The notes below the pieces were generated by a model, which was not told where the DNA came from, ran no database searches, and worked only from the letters and a program-made list of their open reading frames with translations. Positions 1 to 10,339 of a stretch of DNA of 64,000 bases are shown here, one piece after another. Positions within the stretch are counted from its first letter, which is position 1; each line of letters starts with the position of its first letter. This stretch comes from Candidatus Eiseniibacteriota bacterium. Its GTDB lineage: Bacteria; Eisenbacteria; RBG-16-71-46; CAVPCR01. The DNA lies in assembly GCA_963823555.1 (NCBI GenBank), contig CAWGMA010000004.1:512001-576000 (forward strand), written 5' to 3'. The position numbers and the translations under genes were made by a program.

Positions 1-598
1 CCGTGGCGCCGCCGAAACTGCCCGAGTGAGCGAGCACGTTATCGAGGAAGACCTCCCAGGTGTCGCCGGGCAGGTCGATCAGCACCCGGAGGTCGACGAC
101 CCGGCCCAGGGTGTAACCGCCGATGACGACCGTGCCGCCCGTGGGAACGAAGACCGAGACCGTTCCGTTGGCCAGGAAGCGGATGGTGCGTACGCCAGGT
201 GTGTCGAAGAGAATGCCGAGATCGGCCGTGGCCTGGGCGTTGGAGACCAGCACCTGGCTCGAGAAGCAGTAACGGTCGGCCGGCGGCAGACCATTGAGGG
301 AGAGCGTGATCTGATCGCCCTGGCCGTCGGTGGAGCTCAGCTGGAGCGGCTGGTCGTTGAGGGCGCCGAGGGCGGTCACGACGGTCGGCGTCCCGAACGG
401 AATGCTCGACACCGTGGCGCGCGGAATCGGGCCGCCCCCGGTGACGGGCGGGAGCCCCACTGTGTGCGGTGGCGTCCCGAAGTCGACATCGTAGTAGACG
501 ATCGCCTGCGCGTTGGCAGCCGAGAACAGCACGAGAAGGAACAGCGCGAGGGAAGAGATGAAACGCTGATGCATCGTAGCCATCCTGGGGACGAGCAT
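1..598 (-). CDS. Secreted beta-rich hypothetical protein (partial, runs off window start)
   Basis: Read manually because it is absent from the ORF track (no stop in window). AAAGGAG RBS, then ATG at 598: MLVPRMATMHQRFISSLALFLLVLFSAANAQA|IVYYDVDFGTPPH..., a Sec signal peptide with an AQA cleavage site. Frame is open to position 1. Confidence 0.75.
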   Translation of the reverse strand, partial: MLVPRMATMHQRFISSLALFLLVLFSAANAQAIVYYDVDFGTPPHTVGLPPVTGGGPIPRATVSSIPFGTPTVVTALGALNDQPLQLSSTDGQGDQITLSLNGLPPADRYCFSSQVLVSNAQATADLGILFDTPGVRTIRFLANGTVSVFVPTGGTVVIGGYTLGRVVDLRVLIDLPGDTWEVFLDNVLAHSGSFGGAT

Positions 599-756
599 GG
601 CATCTCCTTTGCGTTGCGGGGTCCAGTTGTGTTGATCGGAACTGCCGGGACGGAGTCCCTGCCAACACTCACCAGCATAGCACCGGGGCCGACAGGACGA
701 AATGCGTTCACGCAATGTTCACATTGCAATGATGATTGTAGATTCCTGGGCTCCGC

Positions 757-1635
757 CTAATCCGCTTGGGTCGGCGTCGCTTGTGAACGCGCAAGCAGAG
801 CCGTGGCCGCGATGATGAGGGTCCCGCCCCCGAAGGCGAGCGCATCGGGGCGCTCGTGGAACCAGATCCAGCCGAAGACGGCCCCGAAGAGAATTCCCCA
901 GTAGGAGACGCCGGTCGCCCGCGCCGCCGGCTCGAGCTTGAGGCTCCAGGTCAGGAACACCTGGGCGATCGTGGTCGTCACCGCCACTCCCGCGAGAGCG
1001 AGCCACTCCCACCCTCGCGGCGCGACGAAATCGGTGAGCACGAAGGGCAGGGAGACCAGCGCCGAGATGAAGGGAAAGTAGAGGACAATGGTGAGCGGAT
1101 GCTCTGTTCTCGACAGCACGCGCACCAGCGCATAGGCCGCGGCCGCACCGATGGCGCTGCCCAGCGCGGCTGCGCCCGGCCACAGACTGAGTCCGCCCTC
1201 CGGCTTGACGATGAGGAGCGCCCCGGCAAAGGCGATGACGACCGCCGTCCACACCCTTCCCCCGGTGGATTCCCTGAGTACGAGCGGGGCGAAGAGCGCA
1301 AGCCAGATCGGATTGGTGTATTGCACGGTGACCGCACCGGCCAGCGGCAGGTGGGCGATCGCGTAGAAGTAGAGGGCGAGCGCGGTCGAGCCGACCACGC
1401 CGCGGGCGATGAGAAGCGCGCGTTTCTGTCCAAGGAGGGGGGCCCCGGCGCGCAGGGCGAGACCGAGAGATAAGAGCGCGGAGAGAACGCTCCGCGCGAA
1501 CACGACCTCCATCGGCGGCAGCCGCCGGCAGGCGAGCTTGACGAGCGCCGCCATGAGCGCGAAGAAGAACGCGGCCAGGATCATGTAGGTTAGACCGCGG
1601 CGCAGGAGCGGCGGAGCGTTCGCGCTTCGGCTCAC
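757..1635 (-). CDS. DMT/EamA family transporter
   Basis: About 10 hydrophobic helices in two EamA-like repeats. GTG start overlaps the upstream stop (GTGA at 1632-1635). Confidence 0.9.
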   Translation of the reverse strand: MSRSANAPPLLRRGLTYMILAAFFFALMAALVKLACRRLPPMEVVFARSVLSALLSLGLALRAGAPLLGQKRALLIARGVVGSTALALYFYAIAHLPLAGAVTVQYTNPIWLALFAPLVLRESTGGRVWTAVVIAFAGALLIVKPEGGLSLWPGAAALGSAIGAAAAYALVRVLSRTEHPLTIVLYFPFISALVSLPFVLTDFVAPRGWEWLALAGVAVTTTIAQVFLTWSLKLEPAARATGVSYWGILFGAVFGWIWFHERPDALAFGGGTLIIAATALLARSQATPTQAD

Positions 1636-2354
1636 GCTGTATCCGGCCCGCTGGTGTCCGCCGCCGGCTCCGGGTTCCACACCGCGACGTCGCCCAGCGG
1701 CTTTCGTCGCAGGTCGGGCACTCGCGCCGCCGGTGCCGCGTAGCCGATGGGGAAGAGAATGTAAGGGCGCTCGTTCTCCGGGCGACCCAGGATCCTGGCG
1801 AGGAAGCCCATCGGGCTCGGCGTGTGAGTGAGCGTGGCCAGTCCCATGTGATGGAGCGCGGCGATGAACAGGCCGCAAGCGATGCCGACGCTCTCCTTGA
1901 CGTAGTAGTTGCGGACCGTGCGCCCGTCAGGCGCCACCCCGTGGACCTCCTCGAACACGACGACGAGCCACGGTGCGATCTCGAGGTACGGCTTTTCCCA
2001 GGTGGTGCCGAGCGGAGCCAGGGCCTCCCGCCATTCGTCCGTCATGCGCTCCTCGTAGGAGCGTCTCTCCTCGGCCTCGGCGGCCTGGCGGATCCGGCGC
2101 TTGAGAGCAGGGTCGTCCACGGCGACGAAACGCCAGGGCTGGCGGTGAGCGCCGGAGGGTGCGGTCGCCGCCGTCTGGATCGCGAGCTCGATGAGTCGAC
2201 GCGGCACCGGATCGGGTGCGAAGTGACGGACGCTCCGCCGGCTGTTCATCTCGGTATGGAAAGTTACGGCTCGGCGCAGCATATCGTCTGGTGCGAGGCG
2301 GGGCATCCGGTAAGGGATGAAGGAGTGATCGCGAGGTGAGTGCGGCTGGCTCAT
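1632..2354 (-). CDS. Nitroreductase superfamily, iodotyrosine deiodinase (IYD)-like
   Basis: RRSVRHF, APSGAHRQPW, AAEAEERRSY, LAPLGTTWEKPYL, YYVKESVGIA and LTHTPSPM motifs, typical of the IYD subgroup. Confidence 0.85.
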   Translation of the reverse strand: MSQPHSPRDHSFIPYRMPRLAPDDMLRRAVTFHTEMNSRRSVRHFAPDPVPRRLIELAIQTAATAPSGAHRQPWRFVAVDDPALKRRIRQAAEAEERRSYEERMTDEWREALAPLGTTWEKPYLEIAPWLVVVFEEVHGVAPDGRTVRNYYVKESVGIACGLFIAALHHMGLATLTHTPSPMGFLARILGRPENERPYILFPIGYAAPAARVPDLRRKPLGDVAVWNPEPAADTSGPDTA

Positions 2355-2364
2355 GGGGCGGTCC

Positions 2365-3048
2365 TCATCGGGCGATGTCGCCGAACGTGGCTTGCCATGC
2401 CGGATGCTCGCCGGCAAGCGTGAGCGCTGCTTCGAGCCGCGCGCGGCTTCCCGGGCGGTGGATCCAGGTGGAGCGGCCGGACGGGTGGGGGAGCGGAATC
2501 ACCGTGACCGGATGCGCACCGATCCGGCCGTCGAAGCGGCGTCCGATCACCTCGTCGAGCGTGGCGCATTCGAGAAAGCGATCGATGGCGAGCCGCCCCA
2601 CGGCGAGGATCAGGCCCGGCTCGAGGAGCGAAACCTCGCGCTCGACGAACGGGAAGCAGTTCCGGATCTCCGCCCCGTCGGGCACGCGGTCGCCGCCGGC
2701 CGGTGTGCGGCCGGGGAAGCAGCGGGCGACCGCAGCCATGTGCACGCGCGAGCGGAAGGTGGCCTCATCGACGCCGAGCCGCGCGAACCAGCCGAACATG
2801 ACCTTGCCCGCGGTCCAGGCGAAGGGGTATCCGGCGTAGCGCTCACGCGGTCCCGGCGCCTGGCCGATGAGCATGATCCTGGCACCGGGGGCGGGCCCCA
2901 CGACCGGCGGGCCGATGACGCTCGGACACTTCCGGCAGGAGCGAAGCTCGGCAATGTGGCGCGCGTAGGGGCCCGCGCCGCGGGGATCGGTGGCGCGGAG
3001 GCCATAGGGGGGTTCTGGTATCGGCTTGGGTTCGTGCTTCGGTTTCAT
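2365..3048 (-). CDS. Uracil-DNA glycosylase family protein (family 4/5-like)
   Basis: CxxC, IGQAPG, RCFPG and LPHPSG motifs. ATG overlaps the upstream stop (ATGA). Confidence 0.85.
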   Translation of the reverse strand: MKPKHEPKPIPEPPYGLRATDPRGAGPYARHIAELRSCRKCPSVIGPPVVGPAPGARIMLIGQAPGPRERYAGYPFAWTAGKVMFGWFARLGVDEATFRSRVHMAAVARCFPGRTPAGGDRVPDGAEIRNCFPFVEREVSLLEPGLILAVGRLAIDRFLECATLDEVIGRRFDGRIGAHPVTVIPLPHPSGRSTWIHRPGSRARLEAALTLAGEHPAWQATFGDIAR

Positions 3049-3929
3049 GTGCGTAGCAGGATGAGGAGGACAGGCAGGATCCCGATCGCCGCCAGCGACG
3101 TCAGGAACACGACCGAGGCCACGAGATCGGAGTCGGCCCGGTACTGGCGGGCGAGGACCACGTTGACGACCGCCGAGGGCATGGTCGAGACGAGGATGAC
3201 GACATCGCGGGCGATGCCGGTGATGCCGAGGAGGCGGACGACCGCGAGCCCGAGCGCGAAGCCGACTCCGAGCCGCATCACGGCGCCGAGAACGGCGAGC
3301 CGCACGTCGCGGAGGCGCATCTCGCCCAGGCTGTAGCCGTAGATGAAGAGGATGACCGGGATGGCGGCCTGCCCCAGCATGTCGGTGGCCTCGAGGATGA
3401 AGCCGGGGACCGGGACCCGCGTCGCCTTGAGGAGGATCGCCGCGAAGGTGGCGATGGTGACGGGGGTGGTCAGGAGCCGGCGCGGGTCGGGGGAGCGCGA
3501 GACGATGGCGATCCCGACCGTGTAGAGCAGGGTCACCGTCGCCAGGTAGTAGAGGACTCCGTAGCCGAGACCGACGCGTCCGTAGTTGGCTTCGAGGATG
3601 GGAAAGGGGAGATTCGCCGAGTTCATGAACACGATCGGCAGGTACAGCCCGCGGCGGTCCACCTTGAGAAGCCGGAAGACGAGGAAGGCGAGGGCGAGGG
3701 TCGCCAGCATGACCAGCGCGCCGCCACCGGCCACCGTGACCATGTCGTGGGCGTTCGTCTCCATGCCGGTGATCGCCGAGAAGGCGAGGCAGGGGACGAA
3801 CAGCTTCATCGAGAGATCGGTCATGGTCTCGATATCGCGCCGCCACAGGCGCTGGAACACGAGCCCGAGCGCCATCACGGCGAACGTCGTTCCCACCGAG
3901 ACCAGGACTTCGGCCACCACCGGGTTCAT
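3045..3929 (-). CDS. AEC (auxin efflux carrier) family transporter
   Basis: 10-TM protein with FVPCL, N(S)ANLPFP and MPSAV motifs. Confidence 0.88.
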   Translation of the reverse strand: MNPVVAEVLVSVGTTFAVMALGLVFQRLWRRDIETMTDLSMKLFVPCLAFSAITGMETNAHDMVTVAGGGALVMLATLALAFLVFRLLKVDRRGLYLPIVFMNSANLPFPILEANYGRVGLGYGVLYYLATVTLLYTVGIAIVSRSPDPRRLLTTPVTIATFAAILLKATRVPVPGFILEATDMLGQAAIPVILFIYGYSLGEMRLRDVRLAVLGAVMRLGVGFALGLAVVRLLGITGIARDVVILVSTMPSAVVNVVLARQYRADSDLVASVVFLTSLAAIGILPVLLILLRT

Positions 3930-4206
3930 GGCGGGCGAAGGTAGCAGATCGGTGCCGGGTTGGGTTCGCCGGGCGGCGCTGCCCGGCCGCAAGCCGCCAC
4001 TCCGGCCCCAACCTCTCAACCATGCTCGCAGCTCTGCACGCTCGGTGTATGATGAATCCGCTCATGGGCGTCCCGGGGGCCAGTCCCCAGGGGGAGATGC
4101 TCACCCAGCTACCCAAGGCTCGACGCTCCACTCAACCCGGCGCCGCGGTGTGGCCCGCGTCGGTCGAGTCGCGCCGCGTCGCCACTCGCAAGTCAAGGAG
4201 TCGGCG

Positions 4207-5058
4207 ATGAACTCGCATTGCTCGGCGATGGCTGGGACGGTCGGCTTGGCGGCCGGCCTTCTACTCATTCTCGCCTGCGGCGGCGGCGACGATGGTGACG
4301 ACATCACTGGGCCGGACGGTGATGTCGATGTCATGTCCCAGCTAGGTCCTGCCCTCGTCACTGAACTCGGCAATCTCAGCACCATTCTCCGGCTTCCCAG
4401 CGGCCCGCCGGGGTGCCTGACGGTGACTCCCCTGCCATTCCCGGACTCGGACGGCGATGGAGTTCCTGACTCGGCGCACTTTGCCTTCGACGAAACCGGA
4501 TGCACCTTCGTGTTCACCGGGGGATCGGGAACGAGCTGGGGCACGATCGATGTCACGGATCCCGGGGCCTCCTTCGGGTTCAGTACGCTCCATGCCGTGT
4601 CGCACGCGATCAGTACCGTTGATCCTCCCTCGACTCGGACCCTCACGATCAACGGGACGCGGACGGTCGGCGGCACGCCGACGCGCCTTACACTGAGCGA
4701 GGACATCCAGCTCGCGTTCAGCATGACCGGCAAGCCAGCCAGCGCGGCGACCGAGCGCTGGACCGCCGTTTTCACGCCTGAAGATGGCTCGAGCGTGGTC
4801 TTCGGCCTCGGCGTTCCACTGCCCTCGGGTCAGATCGATCTCGCCGGCACCCTGATCTGGATGCAGGAGGGCATCACCGTCACGCTGGCCGTCTCGACGG
4901 CGGTGCCGATCGCGATCGACACGGCGTGCGAGTCGCCGTTCCCGGTGGCCGGCGAGGTCCGCTTCCAGGTCACGAGCGGAGCGGCCCCCGGCTACGTGAG
5001 CGTGCGATTCACCGGCTGCGGCGGGGAGATGGAGGTGGACTGGGTGCCGGCGGGGTGA
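4207..5058 (+). CDS. Hypothetical lipoprotein
   Basis: AAGGAG RBS, lipobox LILA|C, a DSDGDGVPD Ca-binding-like motif and a beta-rich Thr/Gly body. Confidence 0.75.
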   Translation: MNSHCSAMAGTVGLAAGLLLILACGGGDDGDDITGPDGDVDVMSQLGPALVTELGNLSTILRLPSGPPGCLTVTPLPFPDSDGDGVPDSAHFAFDETGCTFVFTGGSGTSWGTIDVTDPGASFGFSTLHAVSHAISTVDPPSTRTLTINGTRTVGGTPTRLTLSEDIQLAFSMTGKPASAATERWTAVFTPEDGSSVVFGLGVPLPSGQIDLAGTLIWMQEGITVTLAVSTAVPIAIDTACESPFPVAGEVRFQVTSGAAPGYVSVRFTGCGGEMEVDWVPAG

Positions 5059-5659
5059 TGCCGATCAGCCGTCGATCTCCACGCCTGGATAGCGAGCCTT
5101 GCTCCATGACCGCGATCTCGGTGCCGGGAGTCATGTAGACACTGTCCACCGGGCGGGTTCCGACTCTGGCTGCTACCCGCCGAGTACGGCAACCAGTGCT
5201 GGGTGTTTCGCCAGGTCAAGCCGTTCGCCAGGGTCCGCCCAGGAGCACCAGCAGGATGGGCATCGAATAGTAGTAGAGGCAGCTGAGCAGGCGCGGATCG
5301 CCGTTCATCTCTTTCGCCTGCTTGGATCTAATATCCATATTGCAGATTGGTGGTTGTTGGATCCCGGCGATGGTGTTCACCCTTTTGCGGAGGCGCGAAA
5401 TTTCCGCGAATTTCTTCTAAGTTGCCGAGTGGCAAGCGAGTCCACTGCTCGGGCCGATGGGTCTTTGAGACTTCTGTGAGGGTTGATCGGCTAGCCTTCT
5501 CGTGTGCGCCGAGGAGCACCCCGGCCGTGGGCCGTCGGAACGGCGCCGAAGCGGCGGAAAGCCGCCCCACACATCTCATCCGTGTCGCGATTCACGGGCG
5601 CGATGGGCAGCATGCCAAGAGGGTCCGCGCCGCCGCCTACTGAAGAGGAGGATAAGGCC

Positions 5660-6679
5660 ATGGATGGACATGGACCTGTCCAGCAGGTGGCATGGGCAGG
5701 GCTCGTCGCAATTGCCAGCACCTTGCTTGTCGCAAATTGTCTACAGGACCCGGGGGCCGACGCCGTGTTCGGCCCCGGGCTCGGAGCGTTCGAGGACGGA
5801 ACCCAGTCGCGGACGATCGATGCACCCGATCCGGCCATCGCCTTCGTCACCTATGAGGGGCGGCACGTCAGCTCTCTCAAGGTCATGGATGCGGACGGTT
5901 CCAACCGGGCCACGGTCTTCTCCGCGCCCGATGATATCCAGATGCTCCCATCCTGGTCGCCCGATGGGAGAAGCATCGCGTTTCACCACGATGGCACCCC
6001 CGCTTCGTGCGGGTGGAATCTCGCGCGCATCGACGTCGAGGTCGTGGACGGCGTGCCGACGGGCGCCAACTTCGAGATCCTGCTGGAGCGGAACAACTCG
6101 ATCACCGAGGTCGCGTGGTCGCCGCTTGGAACCGAGATCGCCTTCGTCGATCTCGAGTCGAGGGCTCTCGAGGTGGTGCCAGCTTCCGGCGGAGACGCGG
6201 TCGTCGTGTATGTGTCGCCGCCAGGTCTCCTGCCTCACTATCCGGCGTGGAGCCGTGACGGGACTCTGATCGCGTTCGTGGAGTGGGAGCCCGCCGCAGC
6301 TGCCTACGCCATCCGCGCCGTCAACACGACGACGGGGCGTCTCAGCACCTTGCTCGGCGCCGCTTTCTCGCGGCAGATGCAACAGCCAGGCTATTCGGGG
6401 CTCATTCGCTTCCTCGACTGGGGCCACACCTGGGATTGCCTGACCTTCGATGTGATCGGCCGCGGCGAAATCTACGTGCTGGAAGTTCCAGGAGGGACGC
6501 CAAGGCTCGTTGCCAGGGGCAACTTCCCCACGTGGTCCCCGGACGACTCGGAGATCCTCTTCTCCGGTGGCCACGGGCGGCTCAGCAAGGTGGATCCGAA
6601 GACCGGAGCCGTCACAGAGGTGGGCGGTGACGGCAACTGGCCGGACTGGCGCGCGCACCGGATGGCGCCGTCGAGTTGA
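5660..6679 (+). CDS. TolB-like beta-propeller (PD40 repeat) protein, probable lipoprotein
   Basis: GAGGAG RBS, hydrophobic N-terminus ending LVANC, and repeated PSWSPDG / AWSPLG / PAWSRDG / PTWSPDD motifs. Confidence 0.82.
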   Translation: MDGHGPVQQVAWAGLVAIASTLLVANCLQDPGADAVFGPGLGAFEDGTQSRTIDAPDPAIAFVTYEGRHVSSLKVMDADGSNRATVFSAPDDIQMLPSWSPDGRSIAFHHDGTPASCGWNLARIDVEVVDGVPTGANFEILLERNNSITEVAWSPLGTEIAFVDLESRALEVVPASGGDAVVVYVSPPGLLPHYPAWSRDGTLIAFVEWEPAAAAYAIRAVNTTTGRLSTLLGAAFSRQMQQPGYSGLIRFLDWGHTWDCLTFDVIGRGEIYVLEVPGGTPRLVARGNFPTWSPDDSEILFSGGHGRLSKVDPKTGAVTEVGGDGNWPDWRAHRMAPSS

Positions 6680-6749
6680 GGGCTCGGGTGCCGAATCGCG
6701 GCCAGGCAGTGACGGGGGCCGGCTACCGTGGGCGGTCGATGCTGGCCGA

Positions 6750-6779
6750 TTGAAGGCCGGCCCCGACCGCTGCTAGGAT
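6750..6779 (+). promoter_or_regulatory. Putative sigma70 promoter for the TPR gene
   Basis: TTGAAG-N18-TAGGAT with a TGn extension, about 40 nt upstream of the start. Confidence 0.4.
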
Positions 6780-6817
6780 CCACCGGTCGAGAACGACCCG
6801 AGGAGGAGCGCACCCCC

Positions 6818-7144
6818 TTGAACAGCCCGCCCGATCGACTTGCCGGCATGCTCGCCTATGTCGAGGCTCATCCCGACGAGCCGTTTCCCCGCTATGGACT
6901 CGCGATGGAGCTTGCCAAGCGCGAGCAGCTCGCCGAGGCGGATACGCAGTTCGCCGAGCTTCGCCGCCGCCATCCCGATTACCTGCCCGCCTACTATCAC
7001 CATGGGATGCTCCTCGTCCGCCTCGACCGAGAGGCCGACGCGCGCGCGACCTGGGAGGAGGGCATCCGGCTTGCCGGGGCCAAGGGGGATCTGCACACGA
7101 AGAGCGAGCTCGAGACCGTGCTCACGGATCTCGGTCCGGCCTGA
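6818..7144 (+). CDS. Small tetratricopeptide repeat protein
   Basis: GAGGAG RBS and TTG start; PFPRYGLAME...PDYLPAYYHHG...A...WEEGI TPR pattern. Confidence 0.8.
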   Translation: MNSPPDRLAGMLAYVEAHPDEPFPRYGLAMELAKREQLAEADTQFAELRRRHPDYLPAYYHHGMLLVRLDREADARATWEEGIRLAGAKGDLHTKSELETVLTDLGPA

Positions 7145-7159
7145 CGCGGTCCGACGGAG

Positions 7160-7612
7160 CTATTGGCCGATATCCTCCTGCCACAGCTCCGGGTGATCGC
7201 GCATGAAGACATCCATCAATGCCTTGCAGGCCGGATCGTCGAGGTCGATCACCTCGACGCCGTGGCTCTCCATGAACGAGCGGGCACCGGGGAAGCTCTT
7301 GGCCTCACCGGCGATCACCTTCGGGATGCCGAACTGGACGACGGCACCCGCGCACAGATAGCAGGGCATGAGGGTCGAGACCAGGATCGTGTCGCGATAG
7401 GTCTTCTGGCGGCCGGCATTGCGCAGGCAATCGATCTCGGCGTGGGCCATCGGATCGTGCGCCTGCACGCGCCGGTTGTGTCCGCGCCCGATGATCTCGC
7501 CACCGCGATAGAGCACGGAGCCGATCGGGATGCCGCCTTCATCGAGACCGCGGCGGGCTTCGCTGATGGCCCCGGCGAGGAGGATGCTCCACTCGTGCAT
7601 CGGCTCGCCCAC
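7160..7612 (-). CDS. Cytosine/nucleoside deaminase (zinc-dependent)
   Basis: HAE and PCYLC zinc motifs, plus PIGSVL and GRGHN. Confidence 0.9.
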   Translation of the reverse strand: MGEPMHEWSILLAGAISEARRGLDEGGIPIGSVLYRGGEIIGRGHNRRVQAHDPMAHAEIDCLRNAGRQKTYRDTILVSTLMPCYLCAGAVVQFGIPKVIAGEAKSFPGARSFMESHGVEVIDLDDPACKALMDVFMRDHPELWQEDIGQ

Positions 7613-7633
7613 TCTTCCTGTTACGCGCCTGAT

Positions 7634-9754
7634 CTAGTACTCCGCGATGTCGCGAATCGCCGCCAGGACGTCCTCGGTCTGCGGCAGGATCTCGTCCTCG
7701 ATGTTGGGGGCGTAGGCGACGGGCGTGTCGAGGCTGGCCACGCGCCGCACCGGCGCGTCCAGCCACTCGAACGCCTGATCGGCGATCCATGCCGCCACCT
7801 CGGCCCCATAGCCGAATGAGATGTTGTCCTCGTAGACGACGAGGGCCTTGCCGGTCTTCTTGACCGACTCCCCGACCGCTTCCTGGTCCCAGGGGGCGAG
7901 GGAACGCAGATCGAGGATCTCGGTCTCGATGCCCTGCTCGCTCGCCGCCCGTTCGGCGGCGATCATCGAACGCCTGACCAGCGCGCCGTAGGTGATGAGG
8001 GTGAGATCGCGCCCTTCACGGGCCTTGCGGGCCTTGCCGAAAGGCACCATGTAGTCGGGGCCGGGATAGGGGCCCTTGGCATAGGGCTGGCGATAGAGAT
8101 GCTTGTGCTCGAGGAAGAGCACCGGATCGTCGCAGCGGATCGCCGTGCGCAAGAGTCCGTTGGCATCGAGCGCGTTCGATGGCATGACCACCCGCAAGCC
8201 GGGGGAGTGGGTGAAGAGCACCTCCCCCGACTGGCTGTGATAGACGGCGCCGCCGCCCAGATAGCCTCCGATCGGCACCCGGATCACGAGCGGGCACTTG
8301 AAGGCGTTGTTCGAGCGCCACCGCATCATCGCCAGCTCATTCCGGATCTGCATCATGGCCGGCCAGATGTAGTCGAAGAACTGGATCTCGGGCACCGGCT
8401 TGAGCCCCCGCGTTGCCATGCCGATGGCGCGCCCGACGATGTTGGCCTCGGCGAGCGGGGTGTTGAACACCCGCTCGCTGCCGAACTGACGCTGGAGCTT
8501 GTGCGTCACCTTGAATACGCCGCCCTTGCCGGGAGCCGATTCCAGGATCTCGTCACGAGTGGCATCGGCGCAGTCCTCGCCGAAGACCAGGATGCGCGGG
8601 TCGCGCGCCATCTCGTCGCGGAGACAGCGGTTCACCGCCTCGACGACCGAGATCATCTCGGTCGAGGGCTCGGGTTCGGTGGCGAACTCATCCGAGGTCG
8701 GATCGACGTCCGGCGAGTAGACGTAGAGCGTGGACGAGCCGGCGGGCGGACGCGGCGCCTTGATGGCGGCGTCGGCGGCGGCCCTCACTTCGGCCTGGAC
8801 CTCCTGCCGGACGCGCTCGACATCGTTGGGGGTGATGATCTCCCGCTCGAGGAGGTGGCGTTCGAGGATGCGGATGCAGTCCTGCTCCGCCTCGATCTTG
8901 AGCTCATCCTGCGACCGGTAGAACGAGTGATCATCCGACATGGAGTGCGAGTACGGGCGCGTGACCCGGGCATGGACGAGCGCCGGGCCGCGCCGGGCGC
9001 GGCAATGCTCGACGGCCTTCCGGCAGGCATCAAGCGAGGCGTGGATGTCGTTGCCATCCACCTCGAGATGGAAGAGGCCGGGATAATGGCGGACGATGGC
9101 CGAGATCGAGCCGCCGGGGGTCTGCACCTCGACCGGTACCGAGATGGCATAGCCGTTGTCCTCGACCAGGAAGAAGACGGGAAGGCGCTCGACGCTCGCG
9201 GTCGAGAGGGCCTCCCAGAATTCCCCCTCCGACGTGGCCCCATCGCCGATCGAGACGTAGGCGACCTCATCTTCCCGGTAGAGCTCCTCGCGGCCGGCGA
9301 TGTCCTGGATCACGCTCATGTAGCGGGCGGCCTCGGCGCAGCCGACGGCCTGGAGGCACTGGCTGCCGGTGGGGCTCGACTGCGACACCACGTTGAGGCG
9401 CTGGTGTCCCCAGTGGCTCGGCATCTGCCGGGCGCCCGAGTTCGGGTCCTCGATCGAACCGACGCCGCAGAGGAACATCTCCGTCGGTGTCATGCCCAGC
9501 TCGAGCATCAGGGCGCGGTCCCGGTAGTACGGGTAGAACCAGTCATGGCTGGGACGCAGCGCCTTGCCCGCCGCGATCAGGACGGCCTCGTGGCCGGCCC
9601 CCGAGATCTGGAAGAAGATCTGGTTCTTGCGCTTGAGCCGGATCTCCTCGTCGTCGATGGTCCGCGAGACCAGCATCGTGCGATAGATGCCGAGAAGCTC
9701 CTCGTGCTCGGGGGCGTGGGATGCTGTGTTGATCCGGTGGTTCGTGTCCGTCAC
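7634..9754 (-). CDS. 2-oxoacid dehydrogenase E1, fused alpha/beta subunits (branched-chain type)
   Basis: GDGATSEG...DN TPP motif and HSMSDD; the beta half has FNTPLAE, EIQFFDY, HSQS and FLEHK. Confidence 0.93.
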   Translation of the reverse strand: MTDTNHRINTASHAPEHEELLGIYRTMLVSRTIDDEEIRLKRKNQIFFQISGAGHEAVLIAAGKALRPSHDWFYPYYRDRALMLELGMTPTEMFLCGVGSIEDPNSGARQMPSHWGHQRLNVVSQSSPTGSQCLQAVGCAEAARYMSVIQDIAGREELYREDEVAYVSIGDGATSEGEFWEALSTASVERLPVFFLVEDNGYAISVPVEVQTPGGSISAIVRHYPGLFHLEVDGNDIHASLDACRKAVEHCRARRGPALVHARVTRPYSHSMSDDHSFYRSQDELKIEAEQDCIRILERHLLEREIITPNDVERVRQEVQAEVRAAADAAIKAPRPPAGSSTLYVYSPDVDPTSDEFATEPEPSTEMISVVEAVNRCLRDEMARDPRILVFGEDCADATRDEILESAPGKGGVFKVTHKLQRQFGSERVFNTPLAEANIVGRAIGMATRGLKPVPEIQFFDYIWPAMMQIRNELAMMRWRSNNAFKCPLVIRVPIGGYLGGGAVYHSQSGEVLFTHSPGLRVVMPSNALDANGLLRTAIRCDDPVLFLEHKHLYRQPYAKGPYPGPDYMVPFGKARKAREGRDLTLITYGALVRRSMIAAERAASEQGIETEILDLRSLAPWDQEAVGESVKKTGKALVVYEDNISFGYGAEVAAWIADQAFEWLDAPVRRVASLDTPVAYAPNIEDEILPQTEDVLAAIRDIAEY

Positions 9755-9808
9755 CGTCCGTCCTGCTAAATCATTGAAAGGTAATTAAATCGAGCGGGGG
9801 AGTGGGCG

Positions 9809-9817
9809 AGTATAACA
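9809..9817 (-). promoter_or_regulatory. Extended -10 element for the E1 operon
   Basis: TGTTATACT on the minus strand in an AT-rich patch about 55 nt upstream of the E1 start. Confidence 0.5.
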
Positions 9818-10025
9818 CGGTCCAGGAAGGCCGGGAAACACGGGCTCGGCTGGCCTGCCGCCTGGCGGGGCCTGAAACCCTCACCGGGAAGGTGTCATCC
9901 CAATGAGCGTGGGCGGGGGGCTCGAGAGCCAGGCGGCTCTGGCTTCCTGGCGGGGGGTGATATGGGCTTTCCTGCCATCATCCGTAGGTTGCCCGCTTCT
10001 GAAACCAATTTCCAGGGAGGTGGCG

Positions 10026-10307
10026 ATGAACAGCGACCAGGACCGGCCCCCGGTCTATGCCGAGCACGCAGCGCGGCTCGAAGAGCTCGGACTCATGCTC
10101 GGCCCGGACCGCGGACGGCTGGCGCTCGGGCTCGACCTCCTCACCGAGGCCTTGATCGCCGCCGGCGCGCACGCGGTCTACTGCCGGCAGGCTTCGGATG
10201 CCGATCGTCCCAGCCCCGACATGCGACAGATCACCGGACGCATCGAGCAGGCCAAGCACCTCATCCAGGATGTCATGGGTTCCCTGGCCGGACAGCGGAC
10301 GCCCTGA
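10026..10307 (+). CDS. Small helical hypothetical protein
   Basis: GGAGG RBS, GC3-rich codons, 93 aa. Confidence 0.65.
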   Translation: MNSDQDRPPVYAEHAARLEELGLMLGPDRGRLALGLDLLTEALIAAGAHAVYCRQASDADRPSPDMRQITGRIEQAKHLIQDVMGSLAGQRTP

Positions 10308-10339
10308 CCGCGCCTGGTCCTCTCAGCCTTCAGCCTGAC

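Noticed and set aside
9765..9790. IHF-like site (TTTCAATGATTTA on the minus strand)
   Set aside because: One mismatch to a short degenerate consensus in an AT-rich leader; not enough evidence alone.
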